Notes: generated by a model from the letters alone, not told the origin. Shown: positions 46,701-56,466, counted from the first letter of the stretch. The stretch: 64,000 nucleotides of DNA from an uncultured Candidatus Saccharibacteria bacterium (GCA_964355645.1 CAYHDI010000001.1:92897-156896); one strand, 5' to 3'. Made by a program: numbers and translations.

Positions 46701-46901
46701 TTACTTCTTGGACCCGAAGACGGAATCCCAGAAGCTTGTAGCGCGACTTCCAGATTCGTCGTCGCGACTGAACGATTGGCTGTTCTTCTCTGAGTTCCCC
46801 CGTTCGAACACGCCTGCCTCGGTGGCATCATCTTGTGCCTGGTGCTCTGCCGCCACAGCTTTGCTCGAAGAATCGCCACTGTCGCTTGAGTATTTGTTCA
46901 C
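46701..46901 (-). CDS. 66-aa disordered Ser/Asp/Glu-rich peptide
   Basis: GTG start with AAGGAGG SD, terminator immediately downstream; ends SFWDSVFGSKK. Confidence 0.7.
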   Translation of the reverse strand: MNKYSSDSGDSSSKAVAAEHQAQDDATEAGVFERGNSEKNSQSFSRDDESGSRATSFWDSVFGSKK

Positions 46902-47032
46902 AGTTCTCGCCTCCTTTTCGAGCGGTTAAAGACAAGGCTGGCTGTCATCCGACTACCAGCATTATTTACATTCTATATGCAATTATAAGACAATAATTGA
47001 CTTGTTTCAAGCTTGTATAAGTTGTTTTACCC

Positions 47033-47057
47033 ATCCAGCATGCGGGCCCTTTTTGTT
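47033..47057 (+). repeat. 25-bp direct repeat, copy 2
   Basis: ATCCAGCATGCGGGCCCTTTTTGTT. Confidence 0.8.
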
Positions 47058-47157
47058 TGAGAATTTTATTTAATGGTTAAGTTTCGCGATTGGTTTAAGT
47101 TATATGATTACTGTACAAGTTGTTGAAATTAATGTCTATTTATATTAAAATCATTTT

Positions 47158-48855
47158 ATGGAAAACCCCGATACATACGATGATTTTTCAATTAACAGGA
47201 AGGAGAATCCTGAATTACAAAAAAAGATTGCGGAGGCCGTTTTTCTGTCTGAGGCCTTATTAACACCTGAAGAATTAGAGAGAAAATATCCCGAGAGGGA
47301 ATTACCTCCAGAAGCGATGATCACAAGAGTTGGACCCAGTCCAACAGGATTTATGCATATCGGGGGAATATATATGGCCCTTATTTCTGAAAGATTTGCC
47401 CACCAAACGGATGGTATTTATTATCTTAGAATAGAGGATACGGATAGAAAAAGAGAAGTAGATGGGGCACGAAAAGTCATCGTTGATTCACTTCACAATT
47501 TTGGACTTGACCCGGATGAGGGAGAAAAGTTTGATGGTTTAGAGCATGGAAACTATGGACCGTATTGTCAATCAGAGCGAAGGGAAGTATATGGGAGTTA
47601 TATTAAGTCACTTCTTACAAGAGGTGACGCATACTTGTGTTTTTGTAGTGAGGAGGAGCTGGAAGCTATGCAAAAAATGCAGGAAACCTTAGGTGTAAGG
47701 AGAGGATATTGTGGGCCGTGGGCTAAATGGCGGGATGCATCTCAAGAAAAAGTTTTAGATGAATTATCAAGAGGAACTCCATATGTTGTCAGGTTTAGGT
47801 CCCAAGGAGACCCTAATAAAATCTTTACCCACCATGATTTACTGAAAGGCGATGTTATTTTATCAGAAAATGATTTGGATGCTGTGATAATGAAATCAGA
47901 TGGTTTGCCCACATATCATCTTGCTCATGCTGTTGATGATCATCTCATGAGAACAAGCCATGTTTTAAGAGGTGACGAGTGGTTGCCTTCCGTTCCCCTT
48001 CACTACGAATTGTTTAAGACCCTAGGATTCGATCTCCCAGAATATGCTCATATATCTCCGATAAATAAATTGGATAATGGGAATAAAAGGAAACTTTCGA
48101 AGAGAAAGGATCCAGAGGCCAATGTTTCTTTCTATCAACAGAAAGGTTATCCTCCCGAGGCTGTTTTGGAATACCTTTTAAATCTTGCTAATTCTGATTT
48201 TGAAGATTGGAGAAAAGAAAATCCAAACACGAGTTATAAAGAGTTTGAACTCAAAATGAGCAGGTTGGCCAATAGTAACGGGCCATTGTTTGATGAGAGT
48301 AAATTAAGGGATACAGCAAAAGAAATTATCTCAAAAATGTCTGCGGATCAAATATTCGAAAATGTTTTAAATTGGGCAGAAATTAATGATTATCAATTTT
48401 TTACTTTATTAAATAATGACAAGGAATATTGGACCAGTATTTTTGGTATTGAAAGAGGGGGTAGTAATTCAAGAAAAGATATTTCAGCATGGTCTGATGT
48501 GCGTGGATTTTACGAATTCTTTGATAAAGGAAAATATCAACTGCCAAATTGGGGGAATTTCGTCTCAATTTTTAACACCAAAGAAATAAAAGAGATTTTT
48601 AGTGAATACCTTGCCATTTATGATGAGAACGATTCCAAGGTGGAATGGTTAGAGAAAATTAGACAATTATGTATCAAATATAATTTGGCGCCAAATTTAA
48701 AAACATACAAAGCAGACAAAACTAATTTTAGAGGCCATATAGGAGATCTTACTCAGTGTATACGCTTTGCAATTACTGGAAGAACTCAATCGCCTGATAT
48801 TTTTGAGATAATAAAAATATTAGGCAAAAGTGAGGTTTTTCGAAGACTTGCATAA
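47158..48855 (+). CDS. gltX: Glutamyl-tRNA synthetase (long form)
   Basis: PSPTGFMHIGG, LRIEDTD, GPYCQSER, DGLPTYHLA..DDHLM, RGDEWL, KLSKR. Confidence 0.93.
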   Translation: MENPDTYDDFSINRKENPELQKKIAEAVFLSEALLTPEELERKYPERELPPEAMITRVGPSPTGFMHIGGIYMALISERFAHQTDGIYYLRIEDTDRKREVDGARKVIVDSLHNFGLDPDEGEKFDGLEHGNYGPYCQSERREVYGSYIKSLLTRGDAYLCFCSEEELEAMQKMQETLGVRRGYCGPWAKWRDASQEKVLDELSRGTPYVVRFRSQGDPNKIFTHHDLLKGDVILSENDLDAVIMKSDGLPTYHLAHAVDDHLMRTSHVLRGDEWLPSVPLHYELFKTLGFDLPEYAHISPINKLDNGNKRKLSKRKDPEANVSFYQQKGYPPEAVLEYLLNLANSDFEDWRKENPNTSYKEFELKMSRLANSNGPLFDESKLRDTAKEIISKMSADQIFENVLNWAEINDYQFFTLLNNDKEYWTSIFGIERGGSNSRKDISAWSDVRGFYEFFDKGKYQLPNWGNFVSIFNTKEIKEIFSEYLAIYDENDSKVEWLEKIRQLCIKYNLAPNLKTYKADKTNFRGHIGDLTQCIRFAITGRTQSPDIFEIIKILGKSEVFRRLA

Positions 48856-48867
48856 ACGACAAACAGA

Positions 48868-49818
48868 ATGGACAGCTTGTTTTTTAAGAAAAAAGAGGTT
48901 GCCGAATCTTTAAAAAGACTTTCTAAAAACATTATTTCATATTATGTTGATTATAAACTAATGTCTAAGAATGCCATTCATGAACTCAACACAAAGACAA
49001 AGAATAGGCAATTTCAAAATAATATTATTGGCGCGTTCACACTGAGCACTTGTTTGCGGCAAGAAATTTATTCATTTGGTTCCAAAAAAAGTGTTGATGA
49101 TGAAAATTATTACGCATGTTTGAGTGGAAAATTAGCACTAAGAAGATTAATTACTATTGCCTGCGGTCTTCACTCAGAAATTATTGGTGAGAAAGAAATA
49201 TTTTTACAATTAGGTAATTCAATACTTTTTGCTTACGATCAGTCATTAATATCAAAGATGTTATGTAGCGATTTATTGAATATCTTATATATTGCGGATG
49301 AATTAAAGAAGAAATTTAGTATACAAACAGATGAGAACTACTCAACTGTCGGTGTTTCAATTATGGCAGGTTTTGCAAATTCTAATTCAACGTTATGTAT
49401 TATTGGTTCTGGATATATGGCTCATGTTTTTATTAAGAATTTCAAATCAATAGAGTATAAGAAAATAATATGGATTAGTCGGGACATAGACAGGCTTAAA
49501 AAAATAGTCGGTATTACAGGTGTTGACAAAGATAAAGTAGTTTACGTAGAAACAAAAGATGCAATTAAATATATACAAGAAGCGGATCTAATTTTTGCAG
49601 CTACAAATAATACTGATACCCCATATCGCCGTATGCTTTTCCCCAAAGCAAAAGCTATTATTGATGTTTCCTACCCGTCGCTTTTTTCTGAAGGTTGTAA
49701 CTCAAATTTTATTTCTATTCAAAACACATTTTTTGAAAAATTGATTAGTAAGCCGGTAGACAAAATATCAATACTCAAGGTTGAAAAGGCGATTGATAAG
49801 TTACTAAAAATTATATGA
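48868..49818 (+). CDS. Divergent glutamyl-tRNA reductase (HemA)-like protein lacking the C-terminal dimerisation domain
   Basis: LSTCLRQEIY (HemA STCNR-E-Y, catalytic Cys kept), ACGLHSEIIGEKEIFLQL, IIGSGYMA Rossmann, ADLIFAAT, IIDVSYP. Confidence 0.75.
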   Translation: MDSLFFKKKEVAESLKRLSKNIISYYVDYKLMSKNAIHELNTKTKNRQFQNNIIGAFTLSTCLRQEIYSFGSKKSVDDENYYACLSGKLALRRLITIACGLHSEIIGEKEIFLQLGNSILFAYDQSLISKMLCSDLLNILYIADELKKKFSIQTDENYSTVGVSIMAGFANSNSTLCIIGSGYMAHVFIKNFKSIEYKKIIWISRDIDRLKKIVGITGVDKDKVVYVETKDAIKYIQEADLIFAATNNTDTPYRRMLFPKAKAIIDVSYPSLFSEGCNSNFISIQNTFFEKLISKPVDKISILKVEKAIDKLLKII

Positions 49819-50477
49819 AAAAAGTGACCGATGCAAAGATTGTTGACCTTGTTGTAGATATGGTTCCCAAGACCAAGATAATTTTTATCACTGCCCAATA
49901 CGGGAAGTCAACAAGTGATGTTGATATCTATTGTGTTGCTGACGTTAGAAAATCATATGTTCACATTTTTTTAAAAAATGATCGTTTGTATGAAATTTTT
50001 ATTGATAGCATCAAAAATCTTAAGAAAAAAGCAAAAAATAAAGATGAGATAACTTTTTCATTTTTGCATAGAATGAGGTTGGTTTATGGTGACAAAACCG
50101 TTCATAATAATTTCAAGAATTTATTCCCAACAAGATATTCTATGCCCGAATACAGACTCCAGAAGTTAATATATCGAATTAAAGTTATTAGTTCGAAATA
50201 TACTTCCTCAAAAAATGATTTGTTGAGGAATTTTTTCCTAGGACAGCTTATTCAATATTTTATAATGTTGGAGTTTCATCTGAATGGTATATGGCCAGCA
50301 AGTCCTAAGAAATGGCTGGAACAACTTAGTCAAATGAATACGGCAACCTCTAAACAGTTAATAAGTTTGATTGCAAATAAAAACACAAATGTTGGCTCCC
50401 TTATATTAGAATACACCAAGAATTTTAAGGGGCTAGATTTGGAATATTTTACAACCAATCAAACATTAATTGTGTAA
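49815..50477 (+). CDS. Pol-beta-type nucleotidyltransferase-like protein
   Basis: YGKSTSDVDIY DxD motif, YEIFI third acidic strand, helical C-domain; ATGA overlap with the hemA-like gene. Confidence 0.55.
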   Translation: MKKVTDAKIVDLVVDMVPKTKIIFITAQYGKSTSDVDIYCVADVRKSYVHIFLKNDRLYEIFIDSIKNLKKKAKNKDEITFSFLHRMRLVYGDKTVHNNFKNLFPTRYSMPEYRLQKLIYRIKVISSKYTSSKNDLLRNFFLGQLIQYFIMLEFHLNGIWPASPKKWLEQLSQMNTATSKQLISLIANKNTNVGSLILEYTKNFKGLDLEYFTTNQTLIV

Positions 50478-50504
50478 TTATCGGTTCTTTCCCTGTTTTA
50501 GATC

Positions 50505-50575
50505 TTGTGGATACCCACAACTTTTTTAAAGAGAATACTATATAATAGAGAATAGTAATTCTTTAATTTTCTTAA
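50505..50575 (+). repeat. 71-bp perfect direct repeat, copy 1 (duplicated promoter region)
   Basis: Identical to 52256-52326; contains TTGTGG-ATAC-CCACAA and TATAAT. Confidence 0.92.
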
Positions 50576-50582
50576 ACTAATG

Positions 50583-50615
50583 AAAAAAGAGCGTTGTGGG
50601 GTTACCACAACGCTC
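50583..50615 (-). terminator. Terminator of the lipoprotein gene
   Basis: GAGCGTTGTGG/CCACAACGCTC stem then T6 on the minus strand. Confidence 0.75.
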
Positions 50616-50665
50616 CGTGTTTCGCGCGAATGGATATCGCAGAAACTATGCAAATCAATCCAATC

Positions 50666-52033
50666 TTACTGGCAAACGGTTTTTTCGAGAGCAAGTTTGA
50701 GCATGAACTCGCGCTGACCCTGATGTGCTTCCATGATCGAGCACCGAAGACCACCGTACTTCCTCTCGAGATCCCTCGTCTTGTACAGCATGAGAATGTA
50801 CAGGACGTCGTACTTGCTGGGATATCCGGGCACGAACCCGGTGCGATCATCAATGGTGAATCCCTCGCACTTCTGACCCTGAAGGCTTTGGAATCCGCAC
50901 CCGTGACCAACTCCAACGAAATGGAGCAGTTCATGGCGGAAACTTCCCGGATTCTTGCGCCAATCGTCGAGAGACATGGATACGACTAGACCTGCCCCAA
51001 GCTCTCCATTCCCTAGATAACTTACTCCACCTTGAGCTGGGATAGGAGCAATCTTTGAGGAGATGTATACATTCACGCCGTCTGTCGTCGTGACCTCGCT
51101 CTGATTTCCAGCACGAAGGTATTGACTACCGAAGTACTGGTTCAGAACGTCTGCAGCTGACCATGCCAGTGCCGAATCGGTCGGAGCGAATTGAGCATCG
51201 CCCAAATCGTTTCGGAGCGCATACGGCTGTGGGAGGGTCTTGTGAGTGGCGTTGTTGTAATACCACACACCATTCACAAGTTGACGAGGGTAGAACGATG
51301 AACCATCACTCCCCGCAATGTACGCCAAGCTGATGTCGAACGGTAGCCTTACGCCGGCATACACGCCCGAAGGAATGGTCATGCCGAGAGGCTCAACAAC
51401 GAGTACAAGAGTCTTCGTCATGTCCGCCTTCCGGATGGTTCCGTCGCACTTCCTCGCCGTGTACAACCGACTCGTCCCAGGCATCGCGTCAACAATGCAC
51501 GAAACAGAATCGGTATTCGCAAGCGCGGTCGGAAGAGTGAAACTTCCGTCCGATGACGTCACATCAACACTTGCAGTGTCGGCACCCTTGAAAAGAGTGA
51601 CACGTACACTCTTCGGTGTAGCCCAATCATTTGCCAGGTCGACAATCATTACTCGACCATTCACAACTGACTGTGGTACAGGAACGGGCTTGCAGTCACT
51701 CTTGGTATCTCCGCTCTTTACCGAATGTACCGTAGCACAAACAGTATAGAGTCCGGGCATCGCGGGTACTGTGCCACACGTAGCTGGGTTGCCATTCACC
51801 GTGCAGTCAGTCGTAACGCTTCCAACGTTTGAGGAAGCTTGGACTGAAATCACGATCAGAGGCATCGGGTATGCCTGCGTCACAGACGCCGACACATTCA
51901 CCGAAAGCGTTTCTTGCACCGGCGGGGGCGGAGGATTTCCATTCCCCGTCGGAGAACTGCCACACGCTGTGGCAATGAAAGAGATCACGGCCGCGCAAAC
52001 GGCCGTGGCGAAACCACGGATGATGCGCGACAT
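50666..52033 (-). CDS. Lipoprotein with C-terminal zinc-metalloprotease motif
   Basis: Lipobox IATA-C, poly-Pro linker, Ig-like domains, HELLHFVGVGH (HExxHxxGxxH); AGGAGG SD; visibly more GC-rich than its flanks. Confidence 0.75.
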   Translation of the reverse strand: MSRIIRGFATAVCAAVISFIATACGSSPTGNGNPPPPPVQETLSVNVSASVTQAYPMPLIVISVQASSNVGSVTTDCTVNGNPATCGTVPAMPGLYTVCATVHSVKSGDTKSDCKPVPVPQSVVNGRVMIVDLANDWATPKSVRVTLFKGADTASVDVTSSDGSFTLPTALANTDSVSCIVDAMPGTSRLYTARKCDGTIRKADMTKTLVLVVEPLGMTIPSGVYAGVRLPFDISLAYIAGSDGSSFYPRQLVNGVWYYNNATHKTLPQPYALRNDLGDAQFAPTDSALAWSAADVLNQYFGSQYLRAGNQSEVTTTDGVNVYISSKIAPIPAQGGVSYLGNGELGAGLVVSMSLDDWRKNPGSFRHELLHFVGVGHGCGFQSLQGQKCEGFTIDDRTGFVPGYPSKYDVLYILMLYKTRDLERKYGGLRCSIMEAHQGQREFMLKLALEKTVCQ

Positions 52034-52153
52034 TGAAACCTCCTGCCTGACGAATCAGGACTTTTAGATTGGATGATTACAAAGAACTGTTCAGTCGAAC
52101 AGCTCTTCATAGAGGAGTCATTCGACTCAGGCGCTTTCGCACCTCTTACGTCC

Positions 52154-52182
52154 ACCATACACCCAAACCATAAATTTGTCAA
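52154..52182 (-). promoter_or_regulatory. Sigma70-type promoter of the lipoprotein cassette
   Basis: TTGACA-17-TATGGT on the minus strand. Confidence 0.55.
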
Positions 52183-52255
52183 GTGTCAAGTCCATCTTCC
52201 CTGTGTATAGCTTTTTAGTCGGAAATCATGCCTAAGAGACATATTTACTCAATCA

Positions 52256-52326
52256 TTGTGGATACCCACAACTTTTTTAAAGAGAATACTATATAATAGA
52301 GAATAGTAATTCTTTAATTTTCTTAA
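52256..52326 (+). repeat. 71-bp perfect direct repeat, copy 2 (promoter of the surface-protein gene)
   Basis: Identical to 50505-50575. Confidence 0.92.
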
Positions 52327-52328
52327 CA

Positions 52329-54596
52329 ATGAAAAAACAAATTTTATTTAAAAGCTTTATTCTCTTGTTTGTTGCAAGCATTACTCTTTTCAGTTCTCAA
52401 AAAGTTGAAGCGTATCAGATGGAATTTTTTGCCAGTGATGGGATGGGGGGTAATACATCGATAACATCGAACACCCTTGACGCTGTGGCTCCAACCTTAA
52501 CAACAACTTCCTCTTCTATCACATTGTATGTTGAGGGAGGGCCATTAGACGGGACACCATACCTTCTAAAATCATCGAGTCCAGCAACAGCATATAGTGG
52601 TACAACTGCTTTTCCTATAGATTCAGGATTTGACAACCAATATATCACTGGTCTTACGCCCGGTGATTACACGTTTCGTGCACGTCTATCAAACACCCAA
52701 GATGGCGGGACAACATATCTTTATGCAGAAATTCCTGTTCGTGTCGTAGCCACATCCGCCACAGTGAATGTTTCTCTAAACTCATGCCCAACTGGTACTA
52801 CGTACGGTTCGAGTACAGGGAACAATGGGACACAGCCGGGAGGAACCTTCACCTTTACTCCAGCATCAAATGGAACTCAAGTTACCATAAGTGTAACAAC
52901 TCCGGTTGATTATGTATTTGATTGGACGACGCCGAGTTCACAAATAGCTTATCAAGGAGGTTCCTATAATTTTACAGGGCTATGTAGACAACAAACACCG
53001 CCTGTAACTGCTGACATAAAAGCCAATGGTTCTGACGACCCAATTACTATTACTTCTGGACAATCAGCCTCGCTTACTTGGTCATCAACAAATGTAAGAT
53101 CTTGTTCGAGTGCGGATTTTTCAACTGGGAATGTCACTTCTAATTCAACAGGAGTATCTGTATCACCCACAGCAACGAAGACTTACAACCTAACTTGTAC
53201 ATCTAATGATGGGCGAACTGGAATAGATAGCGTAACCGTGAATGTTGTCTCCGCTCCAGCTCCAACGGTCACAGTTACCGCTAGCCCAGCTTCAATAAGT
53301 TCTGGGGGTTCTTCTACAGTCTCGTGGTCTTCAACGAATGCCACCTCTTGTGCTTCTAATTGGTGGAGTGGTTCCTCATCTACTTCCGGCTCGGTAACTG
53401 TTTCACCTTCTGTGACAACGAATTATACGAAAACCTGTTCAAACGCTTCCGGAAGCAACACTGGTTCTGCCACGGTTTCTGTCACTCCTGGTGCTTCGGC
53501 TAACCTGACAGCAAATCCAACTACCATGACGAAGGGTAACGGTACCATTCTGAACTGGACGAGTACCAATACGAGCTCGTGTAGTGGAGTCGGCTTCAAT
53601 ACTAGCGGAGCCACTTCGAATACAGTGTCTTGGTACTATTGGATTGCCCCAACTCAAACCACTACTTATACCTTGAATTGTATTTCAAGTGTCGGCGGCC
53701 CAAATCCATCATCAAGTGCGACAGTGACGGTGACTGCTCCGACTGTAGCTACGATCATACTTTATGCTGGTTTGGCTCAAGGTGGGGGAACTGTTAATCC
53801 TGGAAATTTTAGCAATACTGGTCAAACCCCGACTCCTATATATGTGACCCCGAATCCTACGAACGGTACGACTTACACTGTGACTCCTTATAATGTTTCA
53901 GGATACACAGCGTCTGTTGAAGATGGTCAGACAGGAGTACCTGGAGCTTCGGCCTTGCTGTTCCCCGGGGATTCCAAGTATTTCTCAGTGATTTACACTT
54001 CATCCTTCAATTATTCTCTCTCGAATTCTGGAGCAACCACAGTGCCGAAGGGTGGTTCAGGACAAAATACCATCACTGAAACACTCGTGAGTGGAACTTC
54101 TCAACCAGTCACCCTCGCTGTTTCTGGTGTTCCGGCCGGAGTTTCTGCCACACTTTCTACATGTTCTCCTGTGAATCCAACATGTACTTCGGTCATCACG
54201 TTTACAGTTCCTGCGAATACTCCAGCTGGGGATTACAACGTCACCGTGACCGGCAGTCCTTTGTCCAAAACAACGAATCTTACTCTTCGTGTAGTGAACA
54301 ATCCTGCTATTACTTCTACTTGCGTGGCCTCACCTTCCTCGGCCCTTGTTGGCCAAACGGTGACTTGGACAGCGAATGCTTCAGGTGGAACCCCGCCCTA
54401 TACCTATAGTTGGTCTGGTTCAGGAATTCCTACAGATCCCGCACCAAGTTCAGCCTCATTTGGTATCACTTACTCAACTATTGGACAGAAAACTGCTCAA
54501 GTCGTAGTGACCGACTCACTCTCGTCTACTGGTTCGTGCCCAGCCCCCGGTGGTACAGTTCAAATCAACTTCAACCCACAGTTCAAGGAGTTTTAA
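52329..54596 (+). CDS. Large Ser/Thr-rich secreted surface protein with Ig/PKD-like repeats
   Basis: Signal peptide; repeated LTWSSTN..SC..VSPT.T.TY.L.C units; C-terminal PKD and NPQFKEF. Confidence 0.8.
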   Translation: MKKQILFKSFILLFVASITLFSSQKVEAYQMEFFASDGMGGNTSITSNTLDAVAPTLTTTSSSITLYVEGGPLDGTPYLLKSSSPATAYSGTTAFPIDSGFDNQYITGLTPGDYTFRARLSNTQDGGTTYLYAEIPVRVVATSATVNVSLNSCPTGTTYGSSTGNNGTQPGGTFTFTPASNGTQVTISVTTPVDYVFDWTTPSSQIAYQGGSYNFTGLCRQQTPPVTADIKANGSDDPITITSGQSASLTWSSTNVRSCSSADFSTGNVTSNSTGVSVSPTATKTYNLTCTSNDGRTGIDSVTVNVVSAPAPTVTVTASPASISSGGSSTVSWSSTNATSCASNWWSGSSSTSGSVTVSPSVTTNYTKTCSNASGSNTGSATVSVTPGASANLTANPTTMTKGNGTILNWTSTNTSSCSGVGFNTSGATSNTVSWYYWIAPTQTTTYTLNCISSVGGPNPSSSATVTVTAPTVATIILYAGLAQGGGTVNPGNFSNTGQTPTPIYVTPNPTNGTTYTVTPYNVSGYTASVEDGQTGVPGASALLFPGDSKYFSVIYTSSFNYSLSNSGATTVPKGGSGQNTITETLVSGTSQPVTLAVSGVPAGVSATLSTCSPVNPTCTSVITFTVPANTPAGDYNVTVTGSPLSKTTNLTLRVVNNPAITSTCVASPSSALVGQTVTWTANASGGTPPYTYSWSGSGIPTDPAPSSASFGITYSTIGQKTAQVVVTDSLSSTGSCPAPGGTVQINFNPQFKEF

Positions 54597-54620
54597 GGAA
54601 TTATTAAATTAGGTCAATCA

Positions 54621-54645
54621 GAAACCCCGCCGAAAGCGGGGTTTC
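54621..54645 (+). terminator. Intrinsic terminator
   Basis: GAAACCCCGC-CGAAA-GCGGGGTTTC. Confidence 0.7.
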
Positions 54646-54661
54646 TGATATACTTAAACCA

Positions 54662-55420
54662 ATGGCAAAACAAATTTTGGTGGCCAATTGGAAAAATTAT
54701 CCTGATTCACTTGTGCGGGTAGGGGAAATTCTCGATGGGTTGGCAAAGAACTCAGGAATTTTCAAAAAAGTTTCTACTTTCATTGCACCACCGCTCGCGT
54801 ATTTTGAATCTATTAGTAAACGTACGAAGAGTTTCGCTCATCTGGCTTCTCAAGATATCTTTATTAAGAAGGGAACTATCACTGGAGCAATTGGTCTAGA
54901 TATTTTAAAAAGTTTCGGTGTTCGACTCTCTATCATCGGACACAGTGAACGTCGAGCGCTTGGTGAAACGAACGAAATAGTCGCGGAGAAAATAAAAGTT
55001 GCTTTGAAAGAAAATATTATTCCGCTTCTGTGTGTTGGTGAGAGCGAACGAGATAGAGAAGGGGAATATTTGGAATTTATCCGACATGAAATTCGCCTCT
55101 CACTCTCTGGAGTGAAGAAAAAGGATTCAGCGAAGAAACTTGTCATAGCTTATGAACCGATTTGGGCCATAAGCACGAAAGCTAAGGGGGTGATAGAGCC
55201 CGATGACCTGGCTCAAATGGTAATTTTCATCAGGAAAGTTTTGACTGATTTGTATGGACGTGAGACAGCAGACAAGATTTCTATTCTCTACGGAGGTTCG
55301 ATTGACCAGAACAATGTTGAAGCTCATATACGAACAGGAGTGAATGGATTCCTGGTTGGGCGAGCTTCTCTTGATTCAAAAAAGTTCGTGGAGATAGCCA
55401 AATCTCTAATTAAGAAATAA
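54662..55420 (+). CDS. tpiA: Triosephosphate isomerase
   Basis: ANWK, IIGHSERR, IAYEPIWAI, LYGGS, FLVGRASL. Confidence 0.95.
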   Translation: MAKQILVANWKNYPDSLVRVGEILDGLAKNSGIFKKVSTFIAPPLAYFESISKRTKSFAHLASQDIFIKKGTITGAIGLDILKSFGVRLSIIGHSERRALGETNEIVAEKIKVALKENIIPLLCVGESERDREGEYLEFIRHEIRLSLSGVKKKDSAKKLVIAYEPIWAISTKAKGVIEPDDLAQMVIFIRKVLTDLYGRETADKISILYGGSIDQNNVEAHIRTGVNGFLVGRASLDSKKFVEIAKSLIKK

Positions 55421-56466
55421 TGGATTTCAACACCATACTTGAAGCAGGAAATCTGGAAGGCAAGAGAGTTCTTGTACGAGTAGATTGGAATGTGCCTATA
55501 GAAAACGGTGTGGTTATGGACGATTTTCGTATCAAGAAGTCTCTGCCCACGATTGAATATTTGCAGAAAGCCGGTGCGAAGATTGTTTTGATTAGTCATC
55601 ATGATACGGAGAACGAAACCCTTAAAACCGTTTTTGAATATGTGAAAAACCTTTTGCCCATAACCTTTGTTGAACCAAGTAATTTAATGTTGCTAGAAAA
55701 TTTGTTCCTAAACGAAGGAGAAAAACAAAACTCTAGAGATTTCGCGGTCAAACTGGCTTCAAAAGCGGACATCTTTGTGAACGAAGCCTTCTCAGAATCA
55801 CATCGTGAGTATGCTTCTATCATTGGGCTACCGAAGCTTCTGCCTTCCTACGCCGGTCTGCAGTTTTATGAAGAAGTGAAACAGCTCTCAAATGCGTTTT
55901 ACCCCAAGCACCCATTTCTTTTTGTCCTCGGAGGGGCAAAATTTGAAACGAAGCTTCCCATTTTGGATAAATTTTTAAATATTGCGGACAATATTTTCGT
56001 CGGGGGCGCACTGGCGAATGACTTTTTCAAAGAAGAAGGGCAGGATGTTGGTTCCTCGCTTGTTTCAGAAGGGGATTTTAATCTGAAAGAGAAGCTTCAT
56101 CCACCGACTGGCGGAGGGAAAATTATTTTGCCCACGGATACGATTCTCGAAGGTACAAGGATTGTGGATGCGGGACCGAAAACCATAGAAAGTCTAAAGT
56201 CAAAAGTTGAAAGTGCGAAGTTTATCTTGTGGAATGGCCCCCTCGGTGAATTTGAAAAGGGTTTCAAAACCTCTACCCTTGAATTGGCGAAGTTAATTGC
56301 TGATTCAAGCGCCGAAACCATTGTTGGTGGGGGAGACACACTTTCGGCCATCAAAGAATTAAATCTACTTGATAAATTTAGTTTTGTTTCTACGGGAGGA
56401 GGAGCAATGCTTGATTTTCTAGCCCTAGGAACCCTGCCGGGGATAGAAGCCCTTAAGAGGAAATAG
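55420..56466 (+). CDS. pgk: Phosphoglycerate kinase
   Basis: VLVRVDWNVP, LGGAK, WNGPLG, GGGDT, VSTGGGAML. Confidence 0.95.
   Translation: MDFNTILEAGNLEGKRVLVRVDWNVPIENGVVMDDFRIKKSLPTIEYLQKAGAKIVLISHHDTENETLKTVFEYVKNLLPITFVEPSNLMLLENLFLNEGEKQNSRDFAVKLASKADIFVNEAFSESHREYASIIGLPKLLPSYAGLQFYEEVKQLSNAFYPKHPFLFVLGGAKFETKLPILDKFLNIADNIFVGGALANDFFKEEGQDVGSSLVSEGDFNLKEKLHPPTGGGKIILPTDTILEGTRIVDAGPKTIESLKSKVESAKFILWNGPLGEFEKGFKTSTLELAKLIADSSAETIVGGGDTLSAIKELNLLDKFSFVSTGGGAMLDFLALGTLPGIEALKRK

Noticed and set aside
46154-46879. 241-aa ORF as one protein
   Set aside because: Its first 78 codons cross the 66-aa peptide gene in another frame and a strong terminator; the real gene most likely starts at 46645.
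48868-49818. Assigning the symbol hemA and a heme pathway
   Set aside because: Divergent substrate motifs, truncated C-terminus and no other hem genes in the window; function left open.
52960-53740. Internal repeats of the surface protein as a DNA repeat element
   Set aside because: Similarity is at the protein-domain level (Ig-like units) with diverged DNA, which is ordinary for such adhesins.
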